A stretch of DNA of 62,848 nt, the filler included. It is 4 parts of 4 records of this genome, joined end to end, with 100 filler letters (N's around TTAATTAATTAA, not from the genome) between each part and the next. Parts side by side here need not be neighbours in the genome. Positions count along the whole stretch, not along the records: positions 16,370 to 37,623 come from DRR723986_17463; 3 more parts are not named here. One strand, given 5' to 3'. The position numbers and the translations under genes are program-made. This document shows, piece after piece, positions 17,999 to 28,460 of this stretch; position 1 is the first letter of the stretch, and the number at the start of each line of letters is the position of its first letter. The notes beneath the pieces were generated by a model, which was not told the origin of the DNA, did not search any database, and was given only the letters and a program-made list of their open reading frames with translations.

Positions 17999-18733
17999 TC
18001 AGCCTTTTTTTAAGAAATCTTCTAAATCTTGGATACTTATCATTCCTTCATAATAGGCTCTTCCAAATACAATCGCTGAGACTCCCATGTCTCTAAGCCT
18101 TCTGAAGTCATCGATTCCTCTTACTCCTCCGCTTGCTGCCAAATTAATCTGTGGAAATTTGTCCAATACACTTTGAAAGAGTGCAAAGTTGGGCCCCTCC
18201 ATTACCCCATCTCTAGTTATGTCTGAGCATTTCAGATATTTCAGACCTCTTTCATAAAAGAAATTAATGTGATCGAATAGGTCAATTTCCGTTTTTTTCA
18301 GCCATCCTCTGATTTTTATTTTATTATCAATGGGATTGGTATCGGCTGCCAGATTTACTTTTTCCCTCCCATAGCTAAGTAAAAATTGGGCAAAGCGCTC
18401 CGGGTGATTTGCCGCCATAGAACTCACGGTAATGGTAGTGGCACCGAATTCGAAGCATTTAATCACATCACCATGAGTGGAGATTCCGCCTGTAAAATCC
18501 ACTTTCAGATTTGTATATCCTACAATAGCTTCCAAGATATGGTAGTTTTTTGGCTCTCCTCTACGTGCGCCATCCAAATCAACCAAGTGCACTCTCTGAA
18601 TCCCTATAGATTCAAAGGCTTGTGCAATCTCCAGAGGATTATTGGAAATTACTTCTTCAGTAGAAAAATCGCCTCTTTTAAGTCGGACACATTTTCCATT
18701 AATAAGCCATATGGAAGGGATAATTTCAAACAT
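17999..18733 (-). CDS. HisA/HisF-family TIM barrel (HisA-like paralog, non-canonical active site)
   Basis: GKCVRLKRGD, HLVDLDGA, GGI, GW, DITRDGVMEGPN, ASGGVRG; IPSIW replaces canonical IPAID. Confidence 0.85.
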   Translation of the reverse strand: MFEIIPSIWLINGKCVRLKRGDFSTEEVISNNPLEIAQAFESIGIQRVHLVDLDGARRGEPKNYHILEAIVGYTNLKVDFTGGISTHGDVIKCFEFGATTITVSSMAANHPERFAQFLLSYGREKVNLAADTNPIDNKIKIRGWLKKTEIDLFDHINFFYERGLKYLKCSDITRDGVMEGPNFALFQSVLDKFPQINLAASGGVRGIDDFRRLRDMGVSAIVFGRAYYEGMISIQDLEDFLKKG

Positions 18734-18871
18734 CTTATAATTATTCAGGTTTATGGGTACTACGATTTAGCCTAAAGATAGTACGGACTGGCACTTTTCA
18801 GCTTACCTAATATGCAAATCTTTTAGGATAAGTCTACTTTGTAAGACTAACTATACTCAATAAAAGGGAAG

Positions 18872-19906
18872 TTAATACTTCAATTTAGCAATTTTCCCTT
18901 GTGCTCCAGATGCCCAAACTGAGCCATCTGCATGCCCCATTTTTACTGCATGAAAACCTTCGTCGGAAAATTTCTGCCAGGTAATACCAGCATCCTTAGA
19001 GAAGTCCGAACCGCCCGGTCCTACGGCTATCAGCCATTTCTGCATTGGAAAGTACACAACACCAGATCGGTATCCTCCAGGTTCCTGCTCTGGAATTACC
19101 CACTCTTTTGTATTGGAAACAAAAATCCCGGATACTCCTTGTTGTAAATCCTCTTTCAAATAATCTCCGCCCACTCCTACTATTTCACTTCCTCCAATGC
19201 TAGTAATCGAAAAAATCCCCTGAGAGGACTCTCCCTGAACAAATGGACTTGTAAACTTCTCCCATGTTCCACCCAAATCATTCGAATAATGTAGATTGGA
19301 CTCAGTGCCGCCTGTGCCTATCCATAGCTGGTTTCCTTCAGCCAAAAGTGAGGTTGCGCTGGCCGCAAAAGCCGCTTCTCCTTCAGCAGCTCCAGGCAAT
19401 GAATCCAGTGGATACCAAGTATCTCCTTGATTTGCTGTTTGCAGGATAGTCCACTTTCCTTCGCTGGGATCACCAATCACAAATCCCCTGGTTTCTGAAG
19501 AAAAACTAATTCCATCCAAGAAAGCCAACTCATTTTCCTGATGCTTTAATTCCCAAGTTTCACCTCCATCTATTGTCTTGTAAATCACGGCTGGCTGACC
19601 TGCCGAAACAGCAACGGCCGTCAGCGCATCAAAAGCATGAATGGATCTAAAATCTACCGTGTCCAGTCCGGCTATAACACCATGCTGCCAGGTTTTGCCA
19701 CCATCTAAGGTGCGCAGCCAAGTTCCATTGCTACCACTTGCCCACGCGATATCCCCTGTGAGTGGAGCTAGGCCTCGTAGGGAGGATTGGATTGGAGTTT
19801 CCAAAATATCCCATCCAGTGGGCATTTCAGCTAGGTTTTCTTCAGATTTTTTGCAGGAAAAAAGCGCTATCAATAATGATAGCGCCAGTAATTTACTTTT
19901 AATCAT
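18872..19906 (-). CDS. YCF48/BNR-repeat beta-propeller lipoprotein
   Basis: Lipobox LFSC; SLRGL...WASGSNG, RTLDGGKTW, DFRSI, KTIDGGETW, GEAAFAAS. Confidence 0.85.
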   Translation of the reverse strand: MIKSKLLALSLLIALFSCKKSEENLAEMPTGWDILETPIQSSLRGLAPLTGDIAWASGSNGTWLRTLDGGKTWQHGVIAGLDTVDFRSIHAFDALTAVAVSAGQPAVIYKTIDGGETWELKHQENELAFLDGISFSSETRGFVIGDPSEGKWTILQTANQGDTWYPLDSLPGAAEGEAAFAASATSLLAEGNQLWIGTGGTESNLHYSNDLGGTWEKFTSPFVQGESSQGIFSITSIGGSEIVGVGGDYLKEDLQQGVSGIFVSNTKEWVIPEQEPGGYRSGVVYFPMQKWLIAVGPGGSDFSKDAGITWQKFSDEGFHAVKMGHADGSVWASGAQGKIAKLKY

Positions 19907-19918
19907 TTTATTCTAAAA

Positions 19919-20830
19919 TCAGACTACATCAACTTTTCTATAGGCTTGGATCAATGCTTTTTCCCCTTCTATTCCAGGAGAGGCATTTCCATGCTCCATA
20001 CCCATCACACCCTTGAAACCTTTTTCGTGAATGTATTTGAATACATTGCTATAATTGATTTCTCCGGTTCCTGGTTCCTTTCTGCCTGGATTATCTCCAA
20101 TTTGTATATAAGCAATTTCTTCCCAGGTTTTTTCCATAGTAGCTATTAGGTTTCCTTCATTACGCTGCATATGGTAAATATCATAAAGGATTTTGCAAGC
20201 AGGGCTATCCACACCTTTGCAGATCATATATGACTGATCAGCATGACGTAAAAAAAGATCCGGGTTGTCGCTCAAAGGCTCCATGACCATAACTAATCCA
20301 TGTGGCTCCAGTACCTCAGCTCCACGCTTAAAAGCTTCAATTACATTTCCTGTTTGCACTCCCATAGGGAGATTTCTCTCAAAATATCCAGGAACGACAG
20401 TCATCCATTTTGCGCCTACGCGCTTGGCTACTTCTACAGATTTTTTACACGTATTGACAAAGGTGTCTATGAATTCCTGCTTACCTGTTGTGAGAGAAAC
20501 TTTCCAGTTATCTCCACCTTCTATCACAAAAACTCCCATTCTCATACCAAGTGATTCCAGCGTTTTGCCAATCAAAGCTTGCTCTTCTTCTGATCTACGA
20601 AGCATTCCATTGTCTTCCAAAGATCTAAAACCTTGATCCGCCATGAATTTCAATTCATCGACAATCCCTCCTGGAGCAGAATTTCTAAACATTCCGAAAT
20701 GTGGTGCAAAATCCATATTGAAGGTTGGCTCTGCATTTCCAGCAGCAAAGGAGGGCAGACTCATAGCTCCAGAAACACCCAATAGGGTGCTTCCAAGGCC
20801 TACTTTTTTTATAAATCCTCTTCTTTTCAT
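19919..20830 (-). CDS. Tat-exported xylose isomerase-like TIM barrel (hydroxypyruvate isomerase family)
   Basis: KRRGFIK Tat motif; MEPL, LYDIYHMQRNEG, IQIGDNPGRKEPGTGEINY, GMEH. Confidence 0.87.
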   Translation of the reverse strand: MKRRGFIKKVGLGSTLLGVSGAMSLPSFAAGNAEPTFNMDFAPHFGMFRNSAPGGIVDELKFMADQGFRSLEDNGMLRRSEEEQALIGKTLESLGMRMGVFVIEGGDNWKVSLTTGKQEFIDTFVNTCKKSVEVAKRVGAKWMTVVPGYFERNLPMGVQTGNVIEAFKRGAEVLEPHGLVMVMEPLSDNPDLFLRHADQSYMICKGVDSPACKILYDIYHMQRNEGNLIATMEKTWEEIAYIQIGDNPGRKEPGTGEINYSNVFKYIHEKGFKGVMGMEHGNASPGIEGEKALIQAYRKVDVV

Positions 20831-20832
20831 TA

Positions 20833-22143
20833 TTAGATTACTTTGGTTTTACCAGGAATGGCATGAGGATAAAACATGTCTTCCCCAGGCAAAACCTTAG
20901 GCATTGCATCCCATGCTAGTGTATCTGGCATCAAGTCAATTTGTCCATTCAATGCTTCATCGAATGTTAGTGGCTTGCCTGAGTATGTTGCATATCTACC
21001 CATTATTGCAGTCATGGTACTATTTGCAGCATTTTGCGCATCTGCAAATTTGTATTCCCCAGCAAACAACGCTGCCCATAGTTGGTCATGCTCAACTTGG
21101 TATGGGTTAGGCTGATTTTTTCGGTCATGTTCATACAGCATATTGCCTTTCCAATCTTTCAATATACCATAGTTTCCAGCACTTAAATAAGCTGTTCCTT
21201 TGGTACCTTGGAAGCTTTCATCCACACGGTTTTGAGCACCCGGGAAGTGACGGCACTCACTGTGAATCACAGTTCCATCAGCATAGGTGTAAGTCAATAC
21301 GTGGTGATCAAAGATTTCTCCGTTTTCCTTACCTGTACGAATCAATCTTCCGCCGGTACCTTCAGCTTTCACTGGTGGCCCTTGCTTCACCCAGTTGGCC
21401 ACATCGATGTTGTGCACGTGTTGCTCATTAATATGGTCTCCGCAAAGCCAGTTGAAATAATACCAGTTTCTCATTTGGTATTCCATCTCAGTTTGACCTG
21501 GCTGCCGCTCTCTCACCCAAACACCACCATCATTCCAATACACTTGACCGTTGATGATATCACCAATGTCACCATTATGGATACGTTTAATAGTCTCAAT
21601 GTAATTTGCTTGATAGTGTCTCTGAAGACCAACTACCACATTTAGTTTTTTTGCTTTTGCTTCTTCTGCTGCTTTCAAAACTTTACGTATACCGACAGCA
21701 TCAACAGCAACAGGCTTCTCCATGAAGATTTGCTTACCTTGTTTCACAGCCTCTTCGAAATGCATAGGACGGAAGCCTGGAGGAGTAGCAAGAATGACTA
21801 CATCTGCGAGCGCCATCGCATCTTTATATGCGTCAAAACCGACAAATTTCGTTTCTTCAGTTACTGCAAGTTTGTCCGCATATTTTTCACTCAAAGCTTT
21901 GAATGCATTATCCAAGCGATCTCTGAAGGCATCTGCCATAGCGACTACTTTGATGTTGTGTCCAGTGGCTAAAGCTTGAAAAGTAGCGCCGGTACCACGT
22001 CCACCGCAGCCAATTAAAGCAACTTTCAATTCATTCACAGGAGCAGCATAGGCTCCTGGCAAAACAAAAGGAGTAGTCATCAATCCGCCAGTTACCAAAG
22101 CAGAGGTTTTGATGAAATCCCTACGTGAATTTTCGATTTTCAT
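20833..22143 (-). CDS. Tat-exported Gfo/Idh/MocA oxidoreductase
   Basis: SRRDFIK; ALIGCGGRGTG; LATPPGFRPMH; MEKPVAVD; GDHINEQHVHNID. Confidence 0.9.
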   Translation of the reverse strand: MKIENSRRDFIKTSALVTGGLMTTPFVLPGAYAAPVNELKVALIGCGGRGTGATFQALATGHNIKVVAMADAFRDRLDNAFKALSEKYADKLAVTEETKFVGFDAYKDAMALADVVILATPPGFRPMHFEEAVKQGKQIFMEKPVAVDAVGIRKVLKAAEEAKAKKLNVVVGLQRHYQANYIETIKRIHNGDIGDIINGQVYWNDGGVWVRERQPGQTEMEYQMRNWYYFNWLCGDHINEQHVHNIDVANWVKQGPPVKAEGTGGRLIRTGKENGEIFDHHVLTYTYADGTVIHSECRHFPGAQNRVDESFQGTKGTAYLSAGNYGILKDWKGNMLYEHDRKNQPNPYQVEHDQLWAALFAGEYKFADAQNAANSTMTAIMGRYATYSGKPLTFDEALNGQIDLMPDTLAWDAMPKVLPGEDMFYPHAIPGKTKVI

Positions 22144-22161
22144 AAGTATAGGTATTAAGGG

Positions 22162-23145
22162 TTAATAATCAGTTATAGGTGAGGCTTGATAATAAGCCAT
22201 AATTTCTTCCGGACTTGGTGGGATTTGCGGCCTTACCAATCTCAATCCTAGGAATGGTGCTTCGGGAAACCACCATTGACTTTTAGGGATTTGAGGATCA
22301 ATTCTCTTCCAATCCGGGGAACTCACAAATCGTTTAGTAGAGCTTATTTCAGCAGTTTCTGTATCATAAGAACCTCCACGTACTACTCTAGGATAGAGCT
22401 CAGTAGATGGGTTAGTAGGATTCTCAGATGGCGATTGAGCATAGAAGTCAGGCTCGTATTGATCGGAGGTCCATTCGAGCACATTTCCATAGATATCGTA
22501 GAGTCCCCACGGGTTAGGTTTTTTCTCTCCAATAGGATGTGTTATCTCTTCAGAATTCTCTTTAACCCATGCATAGTCTCCTAATTGAGAAGGGTCATCG
22601 CCAAAAAAGAATCGGGTCTTTGATCCAGCCTTTGCAGCGTATTCCCATTCTGCTTCTGTAGGAAGCCTGTAGAAAATACCAGTTTTCAAATACAGCCAGT
22701 GGCAAAATTGAATTGCTCCGTACTGCGTCATTCCAATTGCAGGCTTTCCTTCTTTTCCCATACCAAAAGTCATATCCAAATACGGCATACTTGGCCTAGT
22801 CAGTCCATCTACCACTTCTCCGATTGGACCCTCAGAAACGGCTAACTCGTAATTTTTATCTAAGAAAAGCTCAAAGGCATCCCAAGTCACTTCATGAGTT
22901 CCCATCCAAAAAGGAGCGATTTTCACTTCATGAACTGGCTTTTCATCTGGAGAACTTTCGGATCCCATCATGAAGGTTCCTTCAGGTATGGGGGTCATTT
23001 GGAATGTAACTTCTGTGCCAGGGATTTTCTGGGTGTAAGATTCAAAATTGGCATGATTCACATCAAAGCTCATAAGCATCAATGCACCAATTACAAGGGG
23101 TTTTGGGTTTGTTTTAAACATGTTTAAAGAAAAAGTCTTTAGCAC
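22162..23145 (-). CDS. FGE-sulfatase (SUMF1/EgtB/GldK-like) domain protein
   Basis: GTFMMGS, EVT, YRLPTEAEWEYAAKAG, PNPWGLYDIYGNVLEW, RVVRGGSY, GLRLVR; no FGE catalytic Cys pair after RGGS; start uncertain. Confidence 0.88.
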   Translation of the reverse strand: MLKTFSLNMFKTNPKPLVIGALMLMSFDVNHANFESYTQKIPGTEVTFQMTPIPEGTFMMGSESSPDEKPVHEVKIAPFWMGTHEVTWDAFELFLDKNYELAVSEGPIGEVVDGLTRPSMPYLDMTFGMGKEGKPAIGMTQYGAIQFCHWLYLKTGIFYRLPTEAEWEYAAKAGSKTRFFFGDDPSQLGDYAWVKENSEEITHPIGEKKPNPWGLYDIYGNVLEWTSDQYEPDFYAQSPSENPTNPSTELYPRVVRGGSYDTETAEISSTKRFVSSPDWKRIDPQIPKSQWWFPEAPFLGLRLVRPQIPPSPEEIMAYYQASPITDY

Positions 23146-23172
23146 TAAATATAATAGTATAGGGGTTCTAAT

Positions 23173-26100
23173 TTAATTTGTTTTTGATGGATGGAGCGAA
23201 TAAATGCTGACTTTGGATTCATCCAAATAAATCATTATCAGGCTTTTGTCTGCTATTATTTTCCTTACATTTCCGGTTAGATCTAATCCGCTTTTAGATT
23301 TATCTACCTTGGTAAAGTGTCCTTTTCCATTGCCTAGCAAAACTAGACCTTGACTTGCATCATATTTACCAAAATATAATTTGCCATACCCCGTATTTCC
23401 TCCCAGAATCATATCCAGGTTACCATCTCCATTGACATCAACAGCCTCTGAGGCATATACAGGCGAGAATTGAGCTTGTATGGGAAGTTCTTTCGCTACA
23501 AATTTTCCAGTTTCATTTTTGGCAAAATAGCTTGTCTCTAATCGATTGATAACGATCGAATTAGAGTTTCTTCGTTCTTCAGCTGTAAAAAGCTCACTCA
23601 TTTTAACATTAGCAAAAGACTTGAAATCCAAGTATCTCTTTTTAAGAAAAAGTACCTGACCAAGAATTTCGTCACGGCTTGCAGCTGGGTATCTTTCTCC
23701 CTGAACATAGTACCCCAGAAATGCATCAATTGATCCATTTCCATCAAAGTCCTTGTATAAAATCTCTGCAGGCTCTGAACTGCTTGCTTTGATTTGAGTA
23801 TTAGTGCCCAGATTACCCGCCAATATTTCTACCATTCCGTCGCCATCCCAATCTGCTAGGGTCAGATTATTCCAGAATCCAAATTCATGCTTTTCGAAGT
23901 AGTTCAATGTTGTTTCTTTCCATTGGTTATCTTGGAAGGAAAATATCTGAATTGGCATTGCCTCCCCTAATACGATTAACTCAGGCTTACCATCTTGATC
24001 GAGATCTGCCAAACCAGAGTCAGTTAACATTCCTAAATTGACAAATGTAGGTGCGAGCTGCTTAGTTTGATCGCTGAAGTTTCCGCTGCCGTCATTGACC
24101 CAGATTCTTCCGCCAAACGAGGTTGGAAACTGACCTGGATTTATTCTAGCGCCTACAAATAAATCGGGAGTTCCATCAAAATTAAGGTCTGCAACTTGTA
24201 CAGTGCCTGTAGGGAATGATTCAGTGGGGATTGCTTCTGAGGCTAAAGAAAAATTGCCCTTACCATCATTTAGGTATAGTCGATCACGCAAAGCTTCGTC
24301 TCCTACATTAAAATCATATACTCCTCCGCTGCCAACAAATAAGTCTAAATTGCCGTCACCATTCGCATCAAAGGCGATTGCGTCAGTATCCTCAGCTTTT
24401 GAAGCTGAAGCAAATACACTAGAATTCTGTTTTGCAAATGATCCATTGGCATTCTGTACATAGAATGAAGCGGTGGCATTAGAGGCTGCTCCTACGAAAA
24501 GGTCTTCTTTCCCGTCACCGCTAAAATCTGCGAAAACCATGGCCTTTCCATTTCCAGAAACAGGGTTAATCAGAAGTGGTTGTCTTTTGTAATCATTAAA
24601 ATTTCGTCCGACTTCGGTGTTCAATTCGTTTTTTTGCTTGAGGTAGGTATCATAAGATTTCGGCCTAATGGAAGGAGTAGAAATGGCATCACTTGCGCTT
24701 AATTCCAATGTTTGATTTACACCAACCTTATACTGCTTAGTCATTTTTCCGCCAGGCCAGCTCACTTGAATAGAATCTATCTCGGTAATTTTGCCTAAGC
24801 CAAAATGAAGAGTAGTAGAAATTGAAGACTGGTATCCTCGGTAAGGATTTTGTTCCAATACCTGAACTGTACTGCCTGTAAATAACTCAACTTTAGCTCC
24901 AACTGCTGAGGAATTGGTCTCCGATCCTGAAAGTTTAAGATTTAGATAATTTGCTTCTTTCAATTGACTTGCTTGATTTTCAAAAATATAAGCAGGTGAA
25001 TTGATGTTGTTGATAATAAGATCAAGGTCGCCATCATTATCAAGATCACTGTATGCTGCTCCGCTACTGTTTGCAGCATGATTGATTCCCCAAGAATTGG
25101 TTTGGTTTTGGAAGGTTAGGTTGCCTGTATTTTGAAAAATGTAATTGGTTAAGTTGGAGGATGGCATAGTCTTGACCATGTTCAGCAAGTCCTCACGCTT
25201 CAGCTTGCCTCCTGAAGTTCGCACGTAATTGTCCATGTACTTCAAAAAGTCCTGATTGTTGTAGTCTCTCAGGTAGCCGTTGGTAATGAATAGATCTTTC
25301 CAGCCGTCATTGTCAAAATCAGCAAAGAGAGATGACCAGCTCCAGTCGGTATTGGACACGCCGGCCAGCTGTCCTATTTCTTGGAATGTACCATCGCCAG
25401 AATTTACATGAAGCATATTTCTCATGTATTGGTGATGAAATCCCTTGTTTACATTCAGTTCAAAAAGCTCAAAATTATCCGGAGCAAGAAGTAGCTTTTG
25501 TCTTTCATTTCCCTCTGGTAGCATGTCCAACGTAAAAATATCTGGCAAGCCATCGTTATTGAAATCTGCTATGTCATTTCCCATGGAGAAATGCGAAGTA
25601 TGCCCTAATCGGGCTAGAATCTCATCTTTGAATGTACCGTCCTGCTGATTGATGTATAGGTAATCCGGCATGGAGTAATCATTCCCTATGTAGATATCCG
25701 GCCAGCCATCCTGGTTAATATCGGATATTGCGACTCCTAAACCATAGGAAAGACTTGAGCTTGAAATGCCTGCATCCAATGTGACTTCGGAGAACTTTCC
25801 ATTTTTATTTTCAAAAAGCTGTGGTCCTGCTTCGTGTTTTTCTTTAAGTAATACTTTAGTGAGATTCACATCCTGATTTTGGATGGATTTGGTGTTATGG
25901 TTTAAGATGAATAGGTCAAGATCTCCATCCAGATCATAGTCAAAAAAGCTGGCTGATGTGCTAGGCGCATTGGAAGCTATGCCATATTCCTCTGCCATTT
26001 CTTTAAAAAGAGGAATGCCATTTTGGTCATTACCTTGATTCACAAAAAGTTCGTTCGTACGTTTCTCAGTTGGTAAATTCCCAGAGTAGCACTGATAAAT

Positions 26101-26523
26101 GTCTAATTTCTTATCGCCGTTTATGTCGACGAAGACGACTCCCGTCTTCCAGGGACCTGATCTTCCGGTAGCTCCTGAGGCTTGGGCCGTTTCTTTAAAT
26201 TTGAGATTACCTTGGTTTAGGTATAGTTGATTGCCACTGACATTGGCAGAAAAATAAATATCCTCCAAGCCATCACCATTTAGATCGCCCACTGCTACGC
26301 CACCTCCATTGTAGAGGTACTCGTACATGAGGACATTGAGGTTCAGGTTCTCTTCTATTTTATTTGAAAAAGTAACTCCGCTTTGTTCTGGAGTCAATAA
26401 GTTAAAGAGAGGTGTGGTATTAGAAGTTGAGGAATTATCAGCTTGGTTGGCCTGGTCTGTTTCAGTGCAAGACGCCATCAATACACTGAAAGCCAAAGCT
26501 GTTATGAGATTTCTTTTAGTCAT
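23173..26523 (-). CDS. VCBS/FG-GAP repeat lipoprotein with ASPIC/UnbV domain (CRTAC1-like)
   Basis: Lipobox MASC; GGGVAVGDLNGDGLEDIY, many DxDxDG repeats, RGYQSS...LHFGLG. Confidence 0.9.
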   Translation of the reverse strand: MTKRNLITALAFSVLMASCTETDQANQADNSSTSNTTPLFNLLTPEQSGVTFSNKIEENLNLNVLMYEYLYNGGGVAVGDLNGDGLEDIYFSANVSGNQLYLNQGNLKFKETAQASGATGRSGPWKTGVVFVDINGDKKLDIYQCYSGNLPTEKRTNELFVNQGNDQNGIPLFKEMAEEYGIASNAPSTSASFFDYDLDGDLDLFILNHNTKSIQNQDVNLTKVLLKEKHEAGPQLFENKNGKFSEVTLDAGISSSSLSYGLGVAISDINQDGWPDIYIGNDYSMPDYLYINQQDGTFKDEILARLGHTSHFSMGNDIADFNNDGLPDIFTLDMLPEGNERQKLLLAPDNFELFELNVNKGFHHQYMRNMLHVNSGDGTFQEIGQLAGVSNTDWSWSSLFADFDNDGWKDLFITNGYLRDYNNQDFLKYMDNYVRTSGGKLKREDLLNMVKTMPSSNLTNYIFQNTGNLTFQNQTNSWGINHAANSSGAAYSDLDNDGDLDLIINNINSPAYIFENQASQLKEANYLNLKLSGSETNSSAVGAKVELFTGSTVQVLEQNPYRGYQSSISTTLHFGLGKITEIDSIQVSWPGGKMTKQYKVGVNQTLELSASDAISTPSIRPKSYDTYLKQKNELNTEVGRNFNDYKRQPLLINPVSGNGKAMVFADFSGDGKEDLFVGAASNATASFYVQNANGSFAKQNSSVFASASKAEDTDAIAFDANGDGNLDLFVGSGGVYDFNVGDEALRDRLYLNDGKGNFSLASEAIPTESFPTGTVQVADLNFDGTPDLFVGARINPGQFPTSFGGRIWVNDGSGNFSDQTKQLAPTFVNLGMLTDSGLADLDQDGKPELIVLGEAMPIQIFSFQDNQWKETTLNYFEKHEFGFWNNLTLADWDGDGMVEILAGNLGTNTQIKASSSEPAEILYKDFDGNGSIDAFLGYYVQGERYPAASRDEILGQVLFLKKRYLDFKSFANVKMSELFTAEERRNSNSIVINRLETSYFAKNETGKFVAKELPIQAQFSPVYASEAVDVNGDGNLDMILGGNTGYGKLYFGKYDASQGLVLLGNGKGHFTKVDKSKSGLDLTGNVRKIIADKSLIMIYLDESKVSIYSLHPSKTN

Positions 26524-26534
26524 AATCTAAAATA

Positions 26535-26565
26535 ATCTAAGCCACCCCAATGGAATGGCTTAGAT
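26535..26565 (-). terminator. Intergenic hairpin between susD and the VCBS gene (terminator or processing stem)
   Basis: Perfect 10-bp stem atctaagcca/tggcttagat. Confidence 0.5.
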
Positions 26566-26587
26566 CAAATTTATAAGAATACTTACT

Positions 26588-28447
26588 TTATTCTATTCCA
26601 GGATTCTGGATAAGGGCACCATTCCTGTTAATCTCATCTCTGTGGATTGGTACAAAATACATTTTGTCTAGCCAAGTTCTATTTTCTTTTCCAGGGTCAA
26701 TAGGAAGAACTTTGTAAACGTAATTGTAAAAATCCGTGTCATAACGATAGGTTGAAAGCGTCTTACCTGGTTTAAGTGTACCAGTGATATTGATAATATT
26801 CGCTTTGCGACCTAAGGTTTCCTCTGCAATCATCCAGCGACGAGTATCATGATATCTTTGCTCTTCATAAGACATCTCAATTCTTCGCTCATTAATGTAC
26901 CGAGCCATCAATGCATCACCAGATTCAGTAATTGCAGGTTGCCCTACACGGAATCTGATTTTATTCAACCACATTCTAGCTTCGTCTTCTTGACCAAGTT
27001 GTATGGAAGCCTCTACATAGTTCAACACTGCTTCAGTGTATCTTAAGATAGGCCAAGGAACTTCTTGCCAAGTATTCTGATCTACAATTGCTGGATCTGC
27101 ATCAACAAATTTTCTGGTATAATAGCCAGTGTAACTACCATTCCAGTCTTCAATAGGACTGTTTCTAGTATCCAATCCAAAATGAGTCACTTTAGCTCCA
27201 GAACCATCAATTACTTCATAAGTACCTGATTGGATTTGTCCTAAAGGATCTCTGGATTGATTAGCAGAAGATCTAGGCTTCCATTGAGCTCCATCATATA
27301 GGATGGACGCATAGAAACGTGCGTCTCTATTTTCATAGGGTGCAGATGCATGTTCAGGATTTGACCAGTCAAACTTTGTACCATCCATCATCTCATAATC
27401 ATCAACAAGCAATTGAACAGGACTATTACCAGCCCAGTTATTGTAGCCATTTGGTCCATTAAAAAGACCCTGACGCCCACCATTCTCTTGCTTCATGTTA
27501 ATAAAATATCTACCGAGAATTATTTCATTTTCGCCACCATTTCTTGCCATGGCATTGTTGATATAATTCTGGATACCTTCTTCATGCGATACTGGTTCAG
27601 TAAAACCCAAATTATTTCCGCTGGCCATATCCAATACAGCTTTCGCTGCATTCTGGGCTTTCTGCCATCTTTCGGTTCTATTTCCGCTAGGATAAGCAAC
27701 AAGATCAAGGTTTGGATAGGAAGCCAATAGAGAAGAATTAGCTGCTGCAGTAGGACCATCATGTAGATCACTAGCCGCATATAGTAAGACTCTTGACTTT
27801 AGTGCCAATGCTGCAAGCTGAGATGCGCGGCCAGCCACCTTAGGCTTGCCTTCTAATAAAGCAGCTGCTTCAGTTAGATCTTTTTCAATAAAGCTAATAG
27901 TCTCGTCCCATGTTGCTCTTGCAATTTCATAGGACTCTTCACCAAGACCATAAGGTCTATCTACAATAGGAACACCACCATAGTATCTGGCGAGTTGCTG
28001 GTAGTAATAAGCTCTCATGAACTTAGCTTCACCAAGAAGCTTATCTACTATGCCACCATCGTTAGGAAACTGAGGATCTGATAGGTTCTCGATTGCAATA
28101 TTTGCTCTACGAATGTAGCTATACATGTTGCCCCAGCTGTAGGTATTGTTTACCCAGCCTAAATCAGCAGAGTTAACTCTAGCCTCAGTGATGGTAGTTA
28201 TACCTCGTCCAGGGTGTGTAAAAATTGCCTCATCTGTTAGGGAAGCAAGTCTTTGCTCGTCAAACCCACCATTTCCAAATCCTTGGTAGATTCCTATTAC
28301 AAATGCCTCTGCCAAGGCAGGGTCAGTCCATACCGCCGATTGAGAAATTTCCCCAAGCGGTTCTGTATTTAGAAAATCACTGTTACAGCTGGCAATTGTT
28401 AAGCTTGCTGCAATCAGAATTACTAATTGTTTAATATTTCTTTTCAT
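26588..28447 (-). CDS. susD: RagB/SusD family lipoprotein
   Basis: Lipobox IASC, FLNTEP, GEAKFMRAYYY...YGGVP, LKSRVLLYAAS, LRYTEAVLNYVEA, ERRIEMSYEEQRYHD, QNPG. Confidence 0.95.
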   Translation of the reverse strand: MKRNIKQLVILIAASLTIASCNSDFLNTEPLGEISQSAVWTDPALAEAFVIGIYQGFGNGGFDEQRLASLTDEAIFTHPGRGITTITEARVNSADLGWVNNTYSWGNMYSYIRRANIAIENLSDPQFPNDGGIVDKLLGEAKFMRAYYYQQLARYYGGVPIVDRPYGLGEESYEIARATWDETISFIEKDLTEAAALLEGKPKVAGRASQLAALALKSRVLLYAASDLHDGPTAAANSSLLASYPNLDLVAYPSGNRTERWQKAQNAAKAVLDMASGNNLGFTEPVSHEEGIQNYINNAMARNGGENEIILGRYFINMKQENGGRQGLFNGPNGYNNWAGNSPVQLLVDDYEMMDGTKFDWSNPEHASAPYENRDARFYASILYDGAQWKPRSSANQSRDPLGQIQSGTYEVIDGSGAKVTHFGLDTRNSPIEDWNGSYTGYYTRKFVDADPAIVDQNTWQEVPWPILRYTEAVLNYVEASIQLGQEDEARMWLNKIRFRVGQPAITESGDALMARYINERRIEMSYEEQRYHDTRRWMIAEETLGRKANIINITGTLKPGKTLSTYRYDTDFYNYVYKVLPIDPGKENRTWLDKMYFVPIHRDEINRNGALIQNPGIE

Positions 28448-28460
28448 TATTTTGGGTTAT

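Noticed and set aside
22162-23145. FGE-domain protein as a DGR target or a true formylglycine-generating enzyme
   Set aside because: No template repeat or RT seen; catalytic Cys pair absent; no sulfatase nearby
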